Below are positions 13,669 through 27,871 of a stretch of DNA of 64,000 bases, one piece after another (within the stretch, counting starts at the first letter, position 1; each line of letters begins with the position of its first letter). The notes under the pieces were generated by a model. The model saw only the letters and a program-made list of their open reading frames with translations, made no database searches and was not told the origin of the DNA. This DNA comes from the human T2T-CHM13v2.0 reference genome, Homo sapiens. The stretch covers positions 41,920,001-41,984,000 of the forward strand of contig CP068257.2 in the NCBI GenBank assembly GCA_009914755.4, written 5' to 3'. The position numbers were made by a program, and so were the translations under genes.

Positions 13669-13892
13669 ATGCACTGTTGGCAGAAGGATGCCCTGCACTG
13701 ACCACCTTATGCCTTGAGCCCTAAACCCATCACCGGCACACAGTAAGATGGCTAGGGCTGGCTCAGACCATCCATTTTCAACCCTGTCTCACATTAGGAT
13801 CCTTCAGAGAGACTTACAAATCCTGATGCCTGGGCCCTGCTCCATACTCCTGCCCAATTAATACAATCTCTAGGGATGAGATTCCCTAGAGA

Positions 13893-13908
13893 TGTGTGTG
13901 TGTGTGTG
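13893..13908. repeat. (TG)8 microsatellite
   Basis: gtgtgtgtgtgtgtgtg read directly. Confidence 0.9.
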
Positions 13909-16645
13909 CATTCTCTTTTTTTCTCTCTCTCTATGAAACTCCCTTCTCTTTCCCTGAGTCATATGATCCACGAAAGGGAGGATGGAGCCCGGAATAAAGT
14001 TGGGGTTCTGTTAGAAATGAAGAAAGGGAAAAAGGGTGCAGAACAAGCCATCCATGGTGTCCATTCTACACAGACACAACCAAATCAATCATGAAGAAAG
14101 GCAACATAGGTCCTTCTCCATGCTGCGACGAGCTCGGCACTGTACCACCCTCATCGCTCTCTCATGGATGGCTCTGTGTTGCACAACACACAGGTGATAA
14201 CCTTAGCATGCTGTCACTGACACAACTATAAGAAAGCCTCTGAAGGGTCCTACAGCCCCACAGAATGTAAGCAGAGGTCTCCTACACAGCCTCCCAGGTT
14301 AGATGGGGCTAGGGCGCCTACCCTGTGCTGTTTCTGGGCTGAAGCTGTGTGGCTGTCCAGGGCCATGGCTGTCTGCTCCACCCAGGTCTCTGTGGCCTGG
14401 CAGGGCACTCTGGCTTAGGAGGGGCATGAGCCAGAAGAGAAGACTAGTTGTGTACCTTCCAGCCCGGCCAGGACCGCCTCTGGGATGTCAGGACTTTGAC
14501 AGGGCCCAGGATGTCCAAGTTTTTCTTAACAATTTCAGCACTTACACAAATGGTATATTTGTATCCAAGAAACATAACCCACAAATATTTGACAAATGCT
14601 AACTCCCCAATTTTCATCTCCTAAAGGGTTTCTTTTGACATCTGAATAGAAAGGGTTTCCAAGACATTATGTAACTAAGATTGTCATCAGTTGACTGTAT
14701 GCACAGCTGGGAGGCTTACAAATCATATGGAAGATTTCATTAGCTGCGGTTTTCTAATCTCACAACAACAATCCTAAACACCCAGATCCTTCATCAATGA
14801 GTTAATGAAGAACATTCGACGACATCTTTTCTTAAAGAATAATGAAGAATTCATGCAGAGTTATTATAAAAATTATTCCAATATTTGTGGCTTACAGTAA
14901 AACAAACAACAAAAATGGAGCAAGCATTATATTTTAGTAGCCTACTTTGATGCCACAGATGCCACCGTCTAAAGATGAACTGCAGGGGACGGTGAACTCC
15001 TAGCCCAAGAAAATATGAAGAAAGCCACAGTGTATTTTGAAGTAAAATAGTTAATTCTTGTTCTTATTTTTCATTTTAGACTGAAATCCTGAAAATTAGA
15101 ATCTGATTACCCTTAATACAGACACACAAAACTCTCCTTTCACCAACAAATCCCCAAAGCAGCATCAACCTTACTACCCGCCCCTCTTTCTTCTCTGCTC
15201 ATTCCTCCTAAGCCACCCTTGTGCCTGACCCTGTGCTCTATGGGAACCTTTTCAGAGTTCATCAATAACTCTCTGTTGCCAAATGCTTCTCTTCACTCTT
15301 GTTTTCTTTGAGTTCCGACTCTAACAGCCATTGTATTCTTCTCAAAGAAATGGTTTCTGTCCCTCTTTTTAAAATGTATAAAGCATTTCCAATTGCTGTT
15401 CCACTCAATTCTCACAGCCACCCTGTTCCAAACAGACAGGAACAGTGTTTATATCTCTATTTTGTGGATGACAGAATATCATGGAAGTGAAGGGACTCAC
15501 CCAGAATCACAAACCAGAATACAGGAGGAGAGGGGCCAGCCTGCTTTCTGATGCCTCGACCTGTCTCCTAGCTCAGGGCTCTCATGAGCCCTACATCCCT
15601 CTGCTCAGGCCTCTCGGCCAGCCTCCCCGTGTCATGTTCCCTACACTGCCAGTCTTTCTGTTTGTCACCTTTTTCAGAATGACTCCCAAACCCATGTCAC
15701 TAGCAAGTTTCTTGTGAACTCTAAGCTTCTTGTCTCCAACTACTTCTTGGACATTTCCATTTGGATTTTTTTTACTATGTCAGACTGACCATGTCACACA
15801 CCAAATTCATCTTCATGTAAACTCACTCCCCTTTCTCAATGTGCCTATGAGTTAATTGTATCCTGACCAGACTACACTAAAGTTTCTATTGCGCTCAGCT
15901 TGTCAGACTGGACATATGCAGGCCAAATGTTTTTTGACATCCTTTGACGTACGAAGTGGCCATTTGACCACTCAATTATATCAACAGTGAAAAATCAAAC
16001 ATTTACATTATGTTTCTTGTTAAAGTTATCATGTAAGCATTGATTAATCAAAGAAAACAGTCCCAGCATTCTCTTGTGGAAAGGCTGACACCTTTGTTCT
16101 ATTGGACATTCTGAAGGAGAAGTTTCAAGTCAATAATGTTTGAGACATTTTTTAAAAGATAAAAACCACATTTTGTAGTAGCTCACGTTATTAGCCCCGT
16201 GTTTACACTAAAAGGCTCAACACTGGGCTAACGCAAAACTATCAAGAGAAACACTTGACCAACATAATAAAACATTCACATGTAAAATTCTTTGTCGGTG
16301 AAGATCTTAAATATTTTGCTTTTCTATCAAATGGCCATCCACAGCTCACATAATAAAGAAGTTGCTTACTAGAATCATAACATATACAGTATTCTGACAA
16401 TGCCACATATTTGGGTTGAAAAGAATTATGAAGACACATCACTGAATATTCACTAGTTACTAAACCCTCTGGCCTTTCTCTGTGTTACGTGATATAGCCA
16501 AATGCCAGACACTGAAGGGAATCAGATGCCATATCAGAAGGCAACTGGTGCCATGGAAAAGATGTGGAATCAAAGTTGGGGGAGTGGGCACACTGCCCTC
16601 AAGGGAAGGAAGATGATGCTTAAGTTAGCTTAAGAAAGGTAAAAG

Positions 16646-16973
<328 letters not shown>

Positions 16974-17361
16974 TTATGAAAGATGCTGGGATAACTCAAA
17001 ATCTGAGGAAAAGCTATACAGCCCACCTGGACAGGGATAAAGCTGACTGCAAGCCATAGGGCTCCTCTGCATCTCAGGTCAGCATTTATGTCTTGGCTTC
17101 AGCAACTGACAACACAGATAAATTTTCTCCAGGTGGCCAGGAACACGGCCACAGGCAGCTCTAGAGTCACATCCAATAGTTTCACGGCCCAAGAAAGGCA
17201 AAAAAAACACTGTTCTTCAGCAGCTGAAGCCAGAAAACTCCTGGAGAAAGACTATGGCCCAGCTCAGAGCACACACCCACCACTAAAATCACTGCTGTGG
17301 CCACAGCCATATAGCTGGCACTGCCAAGTCTCACCTTAGCCAGTGGTCAGAAGGGTCTGTG

Positions 17362-19795
17362 CTGCGGGAGATGAGGGCCTGCTGAGGGAGATGAGGGCCT
17401 GCTGAGGGGCCCTGCTGTGGGGGATGAGGGCCTGCTGTGGGGAATGAGGCCCTGCTGTGGGAGATGAGGGCCTGCCGTGGGGGATGAGGGTCTGCTGTGG
17501 GAGATGAGGGCCTGCTGTGGGGGATGAGGGCCTGCTGTGGGAGATGAGTGCCTGCTGTGGGGGATGAGGGACTGCTGAGTGGCCCTGTTGTGGGGGATGA
17601 GGGCCTGCTGTGGGAGATGAGGGCCTGCTGTGGGAGATGAGGGCCTGCTGTGGGGAATGAGGCCCTGCTGTGGGGGATGAGGGCCTGCTGTGGGGAATGA
17701 GGCCCTGCTGTGGGGGATGAGGGCCTGCTGTGGGAGATGAGGGCCTGCTGTGGGGGATGAGGGCCTGCTGTGGGGGATGAGGGCCTGCTGAGGGAGATGA
17801 GTGCCTGCTGAGGGGGATGAAGGCCTGCTGAGGGGGATGAAGACCTGCTGTGGGAGATAAGGGCCTGTTGCGGGAGATGAGGGCCGGCTGAGGGAGATGA
17901 AGACCTGCTGTGGGGGATGAGGGCCTGGTGAGGGGGATGAGGGCCTGCTGCAGGAGATGAGGGCCTGTTGCGGGAGATGAGTACCTGTTGAGGGAGATGA
18001 GGGCCGGCTGAGGGAGATGAAGGGCCTGCTGAGGGAGATGAAGGGCCTGCTGAGGGAGATGAAGGGCCTGCTGAGGGAGATGAGGACCTGCTGAGGGAGA
18101 TGAGGACCTGCTGAGGGAGATGAAGGCCTGCTGAAGGAGATGAAGGCCTGCTGAGGGAGATGAAGGGCCTGCTGAGGGAGATGAAGGGCCTGCTGAGGGA
18201 GATGAGGACCTGCTGAGGGAGATGAGGACCTGCTGAGGGAGATGAGGACCTGCTGAGGGAGATGAAGGCCTGCTGAAGGAGATGAAGGCCTGCTGAGGGA
18301 GATGAAGGGCCTGCTGAGGGAGATGAAGATCTGCTGTGGGGGATGAGGGCCTGGTGAGGGGGATGAGGGCCTGCTGCGGGAGATGAGTACCTGTTGAGGG
18401 AGATGAGGGCCAGCTGAGGGAGATGAAGGGCCTGCTGAGGGAGATGAAGGGCCTGCTGAGGGAGATGAGGACCTGCTGAGGGAGATGAAGGCCTGCTGAG
18501 GGAGATGAAGGCCTGCTGAGGGAGATGAGGACCTGCTGAGAGAGATGAAGGGCCTGAGGGAGATGAAGGGCCTGCTGAGGGAGATGAGGACCTGCTGAGG
18601 GAGATGAGGACCTGCTGAGGGAGATGAAGGCCTGCTGAAGGAGATGAAGGCCTGCTGAGGGAGATGAAGGGCCTGCTGAGGGAGATGAAGGGCCTGCTGA
18701 GGGAGATGAGGACCTGCTGAGGGAGATGAGGACCTGCTGAGGGAGATGAGGACCTGCTGAGGGAGATGAAGGCCTGCTGAAGGAGATGAAGGCCTGCTGA
18801 GGGAGATGAAGGGCCTGCTGAGGGAGATGAAGACCTGCTGTGGGGGATGAGGGCCTGGTGAGGGGGATGAGGGCCTGCTGCGGGAGATGAGTACCTGTTG
18901 AGGGAGATGAGGGCCAGCTGAGGGAGATGAAGGGCCTGCTGAGGGAGATGAAGGGCCTGCTGAGGGAGATGAGGACCTGCTGAGGGAGATGAAGGCCTGC
19001 TGAGGGAGATGAAGGCCTGCTGAGGGAGATGAGGACCTGCTGAGAGAGATGAAGGGCCTGAGGGAGATGAAGGGCCTGCTGAGGGAGATGAGGACCTGCT
19101 GAGGGAGATGAAGACCTGCTGAGGGAGATGAGGACCTCCTGAGGGAGATGAAGGGACTGCTGAGGGAGATGAAGACCTGCTGAGGGAGATGAAGGACCTG
19201 CTGAGGGAGATGAGGACCTGCTGAGAGAGATGAAGGGCCTGCTGAGGGAGATATGAAAACCTGCTAAGGGAGATGAGGACCTGCCGAGGGAGATGAAGGG
19301 CCTGCTGAGGGAGATGAAGGGCCTGCTGAGGGAGATGAGGACCTGCTGAGAGAGATGAAGGGCCTGCTGAGGGAGATGAGGACCTGCCGAAGGAGATGAA
19401 GGGCCTGCTGAGGGAGATGAAGACCTGCTGAGGGAGATGAAGACCTGCTGAGGGAGATGAAGGGCCTGCTGAGGGAGATGAAGACCTGCTAAGGGAGATG
19501 AGGACCTGCCGAAGGAGATGAAGGGCCTGCTGAGGGAGATGAAGGGCCTGCTGAGGGAGATGAAGACCTGCTAAGGGAGATGAGGACCTGCCGAAGGAGA
19601 TGAAGGGCCTGCTGAGGGAGATGAAGGGCCTGCTGAGGGAGATGAAGACCTGCTAAGGGGGATAAGGACCTGCCGAAGGAGATGAAGGGCCTGCCGAGGG
19701 AGATGAAGGGCCTGCTGAGGGAGATGAGGACCTGCTGAGGGAGATGAAGGGCCTGCTGAGGGACATGAAGACCTGATGAGGGAGATGAGGGAGTC
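17362..19795. repeat. Minisatellite/VNTR of about 110 tandem copies of a 21-22-bp unit (GGGAGATGAGGGCCTGCTGTG / GGGAGATGAAGGGCCTGCTGAG variants), about 2.43 kb
   Basis: Directly visible periodic sequence. Unit variants (gagg/gaagg, ctgtg/ctgag, gacc/ggcc) occur in higher-order blocks. Confidence 0.95.
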
Positions 19796-20536
19796 CCAAT
19801 ATCTGCAGTCCATGCACTGGAGACTCTGGACAGCCAATGTGTAGTGCCAGTGTGAAAGCCAGCAGGCTCGAGACCCAAGAGCTGGTGTTTCAGTTTGAGT
19901 TCAAAGGCAGGAAAAGGCCCACATCCCAGCTCAAACAGTCAAGGCAGAGATCCCTTTTATTCAGCCTTTTTATTCTGTTGGGGCTCCAACTGACTGGATG
20001 AGAGCCACCCAACTGGCTGAAGGCAATCTGCTGTACTCAGTCTCCTGGTTCAAATGTTAATCTTATCCAGAAACATCCTCATAGACATACCCAGAGTTAA
20101 TGTTTGGCCAAATGTCTGGGCATCTCATGGTCCAATCAAGTTGATATAAAAATTAACTCTCTTAGGGACCACCTAGGTGGCTTGAATAAAAGCTTCAAAC
20201 CTGCATGAAAACCAGCCTACTAATTCTCAGAAGAGATTTTCCCCCCACTACACTCAATGCCAAAGGTCAAAACAATTTTCCTTAAAAAACTTTCGGATTA
20301 AGCGAGTATCTTCAGTTTACCCCGACACTGCTGGGAAAGACCCTTGGGAGTTTCCTCTCAGGATGCTCACCTGAGGTGGGACCGGGGCTTTGTCTCCTAT
20401 CCCCCACACCCTGGGAGCCATGGAAACTAAAGGACAAGTTTGAAAAATACCCTCAAAGCAAGAAGTTAAGTTCTCTGTTAACCTCTCTGTCCTCCCACTT
20501 TCACTTGACTTTCATGCTCTAGGTATAATTTTATTT

Positions 20537-20868
<332 letters not shown>

Positions 20869-21035
20869 TGTTTTTTTGTGTCTCACTCCGCATTTTGACT
20901 GTTCAGTAAGGAGAGGTGGTCAGGGATTTTTCCATCATACCCCTGGCTCCCAGTTCATGGCCTGGAAGGATGGAACATAGGGAGACCTATAGGAAGCTCT
21001 CAACCCAAGGTGATGGTGGCTCAAAACTGGGTGGG

Positions 21036-21202
21036 AAAATTAGCTGGGCGTGGTGATGGGCGCCTGTAATCCCAGCTACTGGGAGGCTGAGACAGGGGAA
21101 TCGCTTGAACCCAGGAGGCAGAGGGTTGCAATGAGCCAAGACTGTGCCACTGCACTCCAGCCTGGGCAACTGACCAAGACTCTGTCTCAAAAAAAAAAAA
21201 AA
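21036..21202 (+). mobile_element. Alu right-arm fragment (5' truncated)
   Basis: aaattagctgggcgtggtgatgggcgcctgtaatcccagctactgggaggctgag…ctctgtctcaaaaaaaaaaaaa. Confidence 0.85.
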
Positions 21203-22302
21203 CACCTAGGTGGGAGTGCTAGCTGGTGATCAGATTCTGGAGATGTTTTGAAAGTAGAGCCATCAGGATTTCCTAACAGACTGAATGAGGGCGTAAGAGA
21301 TTAAAAGGAGTCAAGGAGTCAAGAATCACTCGAAGGTTTTTTAAAAGTCTGAGACACTAGAAAAATAGAATTGTAATCAATAGAAATTAGAATTTGGTGT
21401 GAGGGAAGATTAGGGGTTTAGTCTGAACACATTGAATGTGAATGTTTATTAGATGTCCATGTGGAGATATCAAGTAGACAGCTCAATCTATGAGGCTAGA
21501 GCTCGGGACAGAGGTCTGGGCTGAAGGCACAAATCTGGAGAACCTGATCAATGCTTTGTGTTACTCAGACAAGCCAAATAGATGTAAGATGGAAATAACC
21601 GCCTATCTGCCCTTTTAGCATTGAAAACATGGTAGGAAATGCAGTTTCCTGTGATCACAATACTAGTCTGCATTAACAGTTACGTAACATGTGGCCACCA
21701 TCTCAATACACTCTGTCCTCGTCGGCTATTTGCTCGAGTTCTATGCCAGTTCTGTGGCTTAAGAGGAATGTGAAGAATGTGGACAAAGCCTGGGAAAAAG
21801 CCAGCCATGTAGCTGAACGAAGGGAAGACAAATGAAATCTAGCAAACGTTAAAGGAAATGAGATGATTTAGTCAGGGATGATTAATAGCAACTGGTCTCG
21901 TACTCTGAATCAGGGAAGTCTAGATACTTGAAAGTAACCTGCCACCTTTACAGCAAGCAAACAAAAGAAAATGAGTTTTCATTGCAGCATGAGATTTTTT
22001 TTTTCATTTCAAGTCTTTTATCCCTAAAGCATGAGATATTTAGACTAGAAATAAAAGAGGAAAACTAGCACCTATTTAACACCTACTACATTAGGTGTTG
22101 GCCTAAACACTATTGCATTTTAATATACATTAAGATCCTTGAGGTAGAAATTCTCATTTTATACATCAGAAAAGCAGGATTCTAAAAGGTTAGGTAAGTT
22201 CACAAGCAGGAAAGCTGCAATTCAAATCTGGGTTGAATGAGTCCAAAGCTCGTGTACTTATTAAAATACATCAAATTTCTTAACAGAAATTGATAAAAGT
22301 AG

Positions 22303-22476
<174 letters not shown>

Positions 22477-22926
22477 TAGAAGAGCTTCTTATCTGTCCAG
22501 TATATTTTCATAAACTAGATCTACCTAAAACCAAAGGAATAGAAGAAGCCAGTTTTCAAATTATCTCTTAGTCCTAAGCAGTTATGATTCTAGATTCTGA
22601 AAACAGTCTAAATTCTGAAAACAGTCCCACTACCACCAGCACCACGAACTATTTTTGTTCCTATTTTCCTATTCTATAGTAAACTATATATTCACCTTCT
22701 AAAACACATATGAAATTCTATAATTTAAGATTTAAAGTAATCCCATACATAACTCAGGAGTCAAACATCCTAGGCTTAAACAGATCTTGTTTTGTTTGAC
22801 TTTAGAACAAATGATTCTAAAGATTCTAAAGTAAGATGACCTTGCAATGGATTTATGAGGGGTTGGGCTGTGCTCACTGTGTTGAAAGAACCAGTAATTA
22901 TTTTCACGGATAAGAAAGCCTGGGAT

Positions 22927-23230
22927 GGCCAGGCACGGTAGCTTACGCCTATAATCCCAGCACTTTGGGAGGCTGAGGCGGGCAGATCACCTGAGGGCGG
23001 GAGTTCGAGACCAACCTGACCAACATGGAGAAACCGCATCTCTATTAAAAATACAAAATTAGCCGGGCGTGGTGGTACATGCCTGTAATCCCAGCTACTC
23101 AGGAGGCTGAGGCAGGAGAATCGCTTGAAGCCGGGAGGCGGAGGTTGTGGTGAGCAGAGATCACACCATTGCACTCCAACCTGGACAACAAAAGCGAAAT
23201 TCTGTCTCAAAAAAAAAAAAAAAAAAAAAG
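22927..23230 (+). mobile_element. Alu (+) with TSD gaaagcctgggatg
   Basis: ggccaggcacggtagcttacgcctataatcccagc…a-tail. gaaagcctgggatg present on both sides. Confidence 0.9.
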
Positions 23231-23568
23231 GAAAGCCTGGGATGATGTCCCAGAAGCAAAAAAAAATTGCATTAACACAACTTAACAAGCACCTCATATT
23301 ATCCATAAGCCAAAGCTTAAGCAGGAAAAGTCCACCTGAGTCAAAGAACACACTCTCTGATGAGTGGCAGAAACTTGGGTTGCTTGCTACTGACAGAACT
23401 GCATAAATTAAGATGAAACTCATTACAATTTTCACTCACCCCCGGAAACTTCCGGAGGACCAGAGCTAAAAGGGCCATAGAGAACATTTAGGCTAAACTC
23501 CTCTTTTTATGAGAAAGTAGGATTACTGGCTGCAAATTAGCCTAAGTAGAGACTGGCATATTGTTTCA

Positions 23569-23946
<378 letters not shown>

Positions 23947-24017
23947 AAGTCATCCAGCACTAAGGCTTCCACCCGAGACATGTCCTGCTGAGCAGCAGTC
24001 CTGTAGCGTTGTTGGGA

Positions 24018-24240
24018 AACAGGGTCTGGAGCCAGGCGGTCGGGGTCTCAAATCTCAGCTCCACCACCCCATAACTATATAACCTTGGCACCTTACTCAC
24101 TTCCATGCCTCAGTTTCTTCATCTATGATACAGAAACAGTATTTACCTTACAGGGTACTGACAGACATAAATGTAACAAACGTAACACACTTAAAGCCAT
24201 GACTGGTACTCAAGAAGTATTAGGTATTCTTATTTAATTA
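24018..24240 (+). mobile_element. MIR SINE
   Basis: …ggtctcaaatctcagctccaccaccccataactatataaccttggcaccttactcacttccatgcctcagtttcttcatctatgatacag… matches the MIR core. Confidence 0.6.
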
Positions 24241-24984
24241 TTCTCTCCCTGGCACCACCAGCATCCTCTCCCACAGACTGACACTGTCCGCTTGCTCACG
24301 GCCCGTAACAACCAGCCTGAATAGTTACCTTACAGGTCAGGTCTAGGAACCACCTCTGATTCTATGATTCTTGAGAGGAAAAAAGCTGTCTGGTCAAGTA
24401 TCCAACCCTGGTGGGTAAGTGTTGTCAATGGAGTACAAGCATAGCCCCCTGGACCTGCCCTCAAACTGTGGAGGGTCTAGGGCTTTACCCTACTTGCAAG
24501 CTTGCAAGCTAACAAGCTAGCATGCTAGAGTCTTACAGACACTGGCAGAAGACACAAACTCTTGAGTCTGAGACCAAGAACTTGTTATAGCAACAGCCAT
24601 AGCCAGAGCATTTATGCCAGTTTAAGACCCAATTCCACAAGGCCACATACATGCTGTGTGGGCTGTGTCACAGGAGAGGAACCCCAAGCTCTGGCTGAAC
24701 TTTGCCCTAGAGGGAAACATTATCTTTACTACATAAGGGTAAACAAACCTACCCTTTTTGCTCTGGAAGGAGACAGTATCTCTGTCCTCTAAGGATGTCT
24801 GCTATACACACATCCTTGAAAAGCTAGCCAGAAACAAAGGAGGTCAGTTCCTCTGCTCTTAACACATGAAGAAACAGGAGTGACCCTTGTGTCTCGACAA
24901 TATCTAAATAAATGAAGACATATACTTGTGTTCATGGATTGTAAGTCTCAATATTGCTAAAGTGTCAATTATCCCCCAAAATGA

Positions 24985-26580
24985 ACTGTTGATTCAACAC
25001 AATCCCAATAAAAATTCCAACAGGATTCTTTTTGGTAGCAAGTGACGAGCTGATTTTTAAATTCATATGGAAAGGCAAAGGGCTTAAAAATAGCCAAAAC
25101 AACCTTGAAAGAGAACAAAGTTGGACGACTTATACTACCTGACTTTAAGATTTATTATAAAGCTATCAAGATTTATTATAAAGCATGGTATTGGCATAAT
25201 GATCCAAAAATAGATGAATGGAACAGAACAGAATCCAAAATGACCTTCACATGTATTGTCAACTGACTGTCAACAAGGTGCAAAGGCAATTCCCTGGAGA
25301 ACAAAGTCTTCAAAACAAATGGTACTGGATCAACTAGATAGAAAGTCTTATGCAAAAAAACAAAGCAAACGATAAAAATAAAAACAACAACAACAACAAA
25401 AACTCTCACCACAAACAGATACCAATTCAAAACAAATCATATACCTAAACGTGAAATGCAAAACTATAAAACTACTAGGAGAAAACACATTAGAAAACCT
25501 TTGTGACACTGATTTAGGAAAAAATTTCTACAACAAAAGCATGCTTCTTCGAAGAAAAAGAATTATAAACTTTATCACAATTAAGATAGGTCTTCTGCTC
25601 TTCAGAAGATGCTCTTAAGAGAATGAAAGATGAGCCACAAGCTGGGAAAAAATATTTTTCCAACACATTTGTCAAAGGACACAAACCGAATACATAAAGA
25701 ACTCTCAATATTCAGTAAGAATCTATCCAATTTTTTTAAAATAAACAAAACATACAAACAGATATCATCAAAGAAGTTACGTGAATGGCAAAACATGAAA
25801 AGATACTCAACATCATTAGTCACAACAAAAATACAAATTAAAACCACAGTGAAGTATCACGGTATCCCTATTGGAATGTCTAAAATTAAAGAGAATGACC
25901 ATACACTAATACAATGCTGCTGGGAATGTAAGATGGTACAAGCACTTTGGAAAACAGGGTGGCAGTTTCATAAAAACTAACATGCACCTACCACATGTCT
26001 CAGTGATCCCACTTCTAGGTATTTACCCAAGACAAACAAAAGCATATGTCCATGCAAAGACTTGTACAAGAATGCTCCCAGCAGCTTTATGTATAGTAGT
26101 CAAAAGCTGGAGACAACCCAAATGTCCATCACTAGCTGAATGAATACACAATTGTGGCATATCCACAACATGGAATATTTAGCAATAAAAAATAATGACC
26201 TATTAATAGACACATGGATAGACATGGATGGGTCTCAAAATCAACATGGATGGATCTCAAAATAATTATGCTGAGTGAAAGAAGCACGGCAAAAAAGAAT
26301 ACAAACTATGATTCCACTTATATAAAATCAAAGAAAATGAAAACTAACTACAGCGCAGAAAGGAGGCGAGTCACTCTCTGGAAAGCAGGGAGAGGAGCAG
26401 GAAGGAGGGACCACAAAGGGGCACAAAGTGCCTTTGGAGGTGATGGGTTTGCACATTACCTTGATTGTGATAATAATTTTACAGGTGGACATTTATATCA
26501 ATACTTATCAATTGTTCACTTTAAATATATGCAACTTATTACATGTCGATTACACATCAATAAAGCTATTTTTTAAAAAA
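24985..26580 (+). mobile_element. Ancient L1 (L1M/L1P-type) 3' portion: ORF2 C-terminal region plus 3'UTR with AATAAA and A-rich end
   Basis: Translations such as …WYWHNDPKIDEWNRTE…, …MKRYSTSLVTTKIQIKTTVKYHGIPIGMSKIKENDHTLIQCCWECKMVQALWKTGWQF… are L1 ORF2 remnants. Ends …acatcaataaagctattttttaaaaaagc. Confidence 0.85.
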
Positions 26581-27767
26581 GCATTCACCACCAAATGGAA
26601 CTGACACTAAAAAAAAGAGGTTAATTTGAATCATAAAAAAATAAGGAAAATTAATTTATTTTTATACATGGGTGAAATGTATACTCATTAAACAACATAT
26701 AGTGTTAAAAATTATGATGAAATTGGGACAGAACTTTAGGTTAGATTGGTAGTTAAGGGTGAAGAGGAAAGGATGCAGTAAAGATAGCTTTTTAAAGAAA
26801 TTTTAAAACACACACATACTATACATGTGTACTTCTCTTCATAGCTGCAGTGTCTTTCCAATTTCTTTTTACCCAAATTATTTAACAATGGGTCTTCTCT
26901 TTTATCTGACAGAACCACATACCCACATAGAGTACTGTGCTGTAATAGAGAATGGGATAGGCTGATGCTGTTTACCTGCTGTTTTATAAGAGACAATTTC
27001 TCTTTGTGTTGTAGGGACACCAGTAAATTATAACCAAATTGAAAGCAATACTTCAGAAACAGAACTAGAGTAAACTTAACATACCAAGAAATTTTCTAAA
27101 ATTTGACTTTTTTTAAAAGAAAGAACATCTTACAATCAATCCTACTTTCTAATACTTTAAAATTTCCTTCAGCTACAGAAGAACAGGTATACAGTAGGCC
27201 CCTCTTATCCACAGTTTCACCTTCCACAGTTTCACTTAGCCAGTCAACCATGGTCTGGAAACATCAAATGGAAAAATCCAGAAATAAACAATTCTTAAGT
27301 TTTAAATTGCACACCATTCTGCGTAGCATGATGAAATCTCATGCTGCCATCCCACTCCATCCCATCAGGGACATGAATCATCCCTTTGTCCAGCATATGC
27401 TATGCGCCCTTTAGGTCACTCAGTAGCTATCTAGGTCATCAGGTCAACTGCTGTAGTACCACAGCACTGTTGTCCAAGTAACCCTTATTTTACTTAATAA
27501 TGACCCTAAAGCACAAGAGTAGCGGTGCTGGCTTATTATTATAATTGTTCTATTTTATTATTAGTTGTTGATAACCTCTATGCCTAATTATAAATTAAAC
27601 TTTACATACAGATGTATGAATGTTTAAAAATATAGTATATAGAGAGGATTTGGTGCTATCTCTGGTTTCAGACATCTACTAGGAAACTTGGAACGTATGC
27701 CCCGTGGATAAGGGAGGACTACTGCATAACCCGTACAAGCAGCTGGACAGATAACCACCCCCCTTAC

Positions 27768-27871
27768 CACTCAAAAGCCACCACAGCAAAGGGATGAATC
27801 CTGGACTCTCGCTGATGTATTTCAAGCCTTTCAAATTGATGCTTACATTGTATAGGGACATCAGCATTAGC
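27768..27871 (-). CDS. HSF2BP: Internal coding exon (104 nt, phase 1) encoding (V)LMLMSLYNVSINLKGLKYISESPGFIPLLWWLLS. Probable exon of the host gene HSF2BP (MEILB2).
   Basis: Minus strand reads ttttcttttacatttcag|GCTAATGCTG…CTTTTGAGTG|gtaagggggg: polypyrimidine tract plus AG acceptor and GTAAG donor. Non-repetitive, protein-like ORF in single-copy sequence. Gene assignment rests on recalled chr21q22.3 gene order and partial recall of the protein. Confidence 0.6.

Noticed and set aside
19489-19878. Minus-strand ORFs of 129 and 88 aa with SPSAGP/LPQQALH repeats
   Set aside because: Artefact of translating the 21-22-bp minisatellite. Periodic and frame-independent.
22776-23435. 219-aa minus-strand ORF
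   Set aside because: Runs through an Alu in antisense ([12 protein letters not shown]… is the classic Alu-antisense peptide) plus A/T-rich flank. Repeat-derived.
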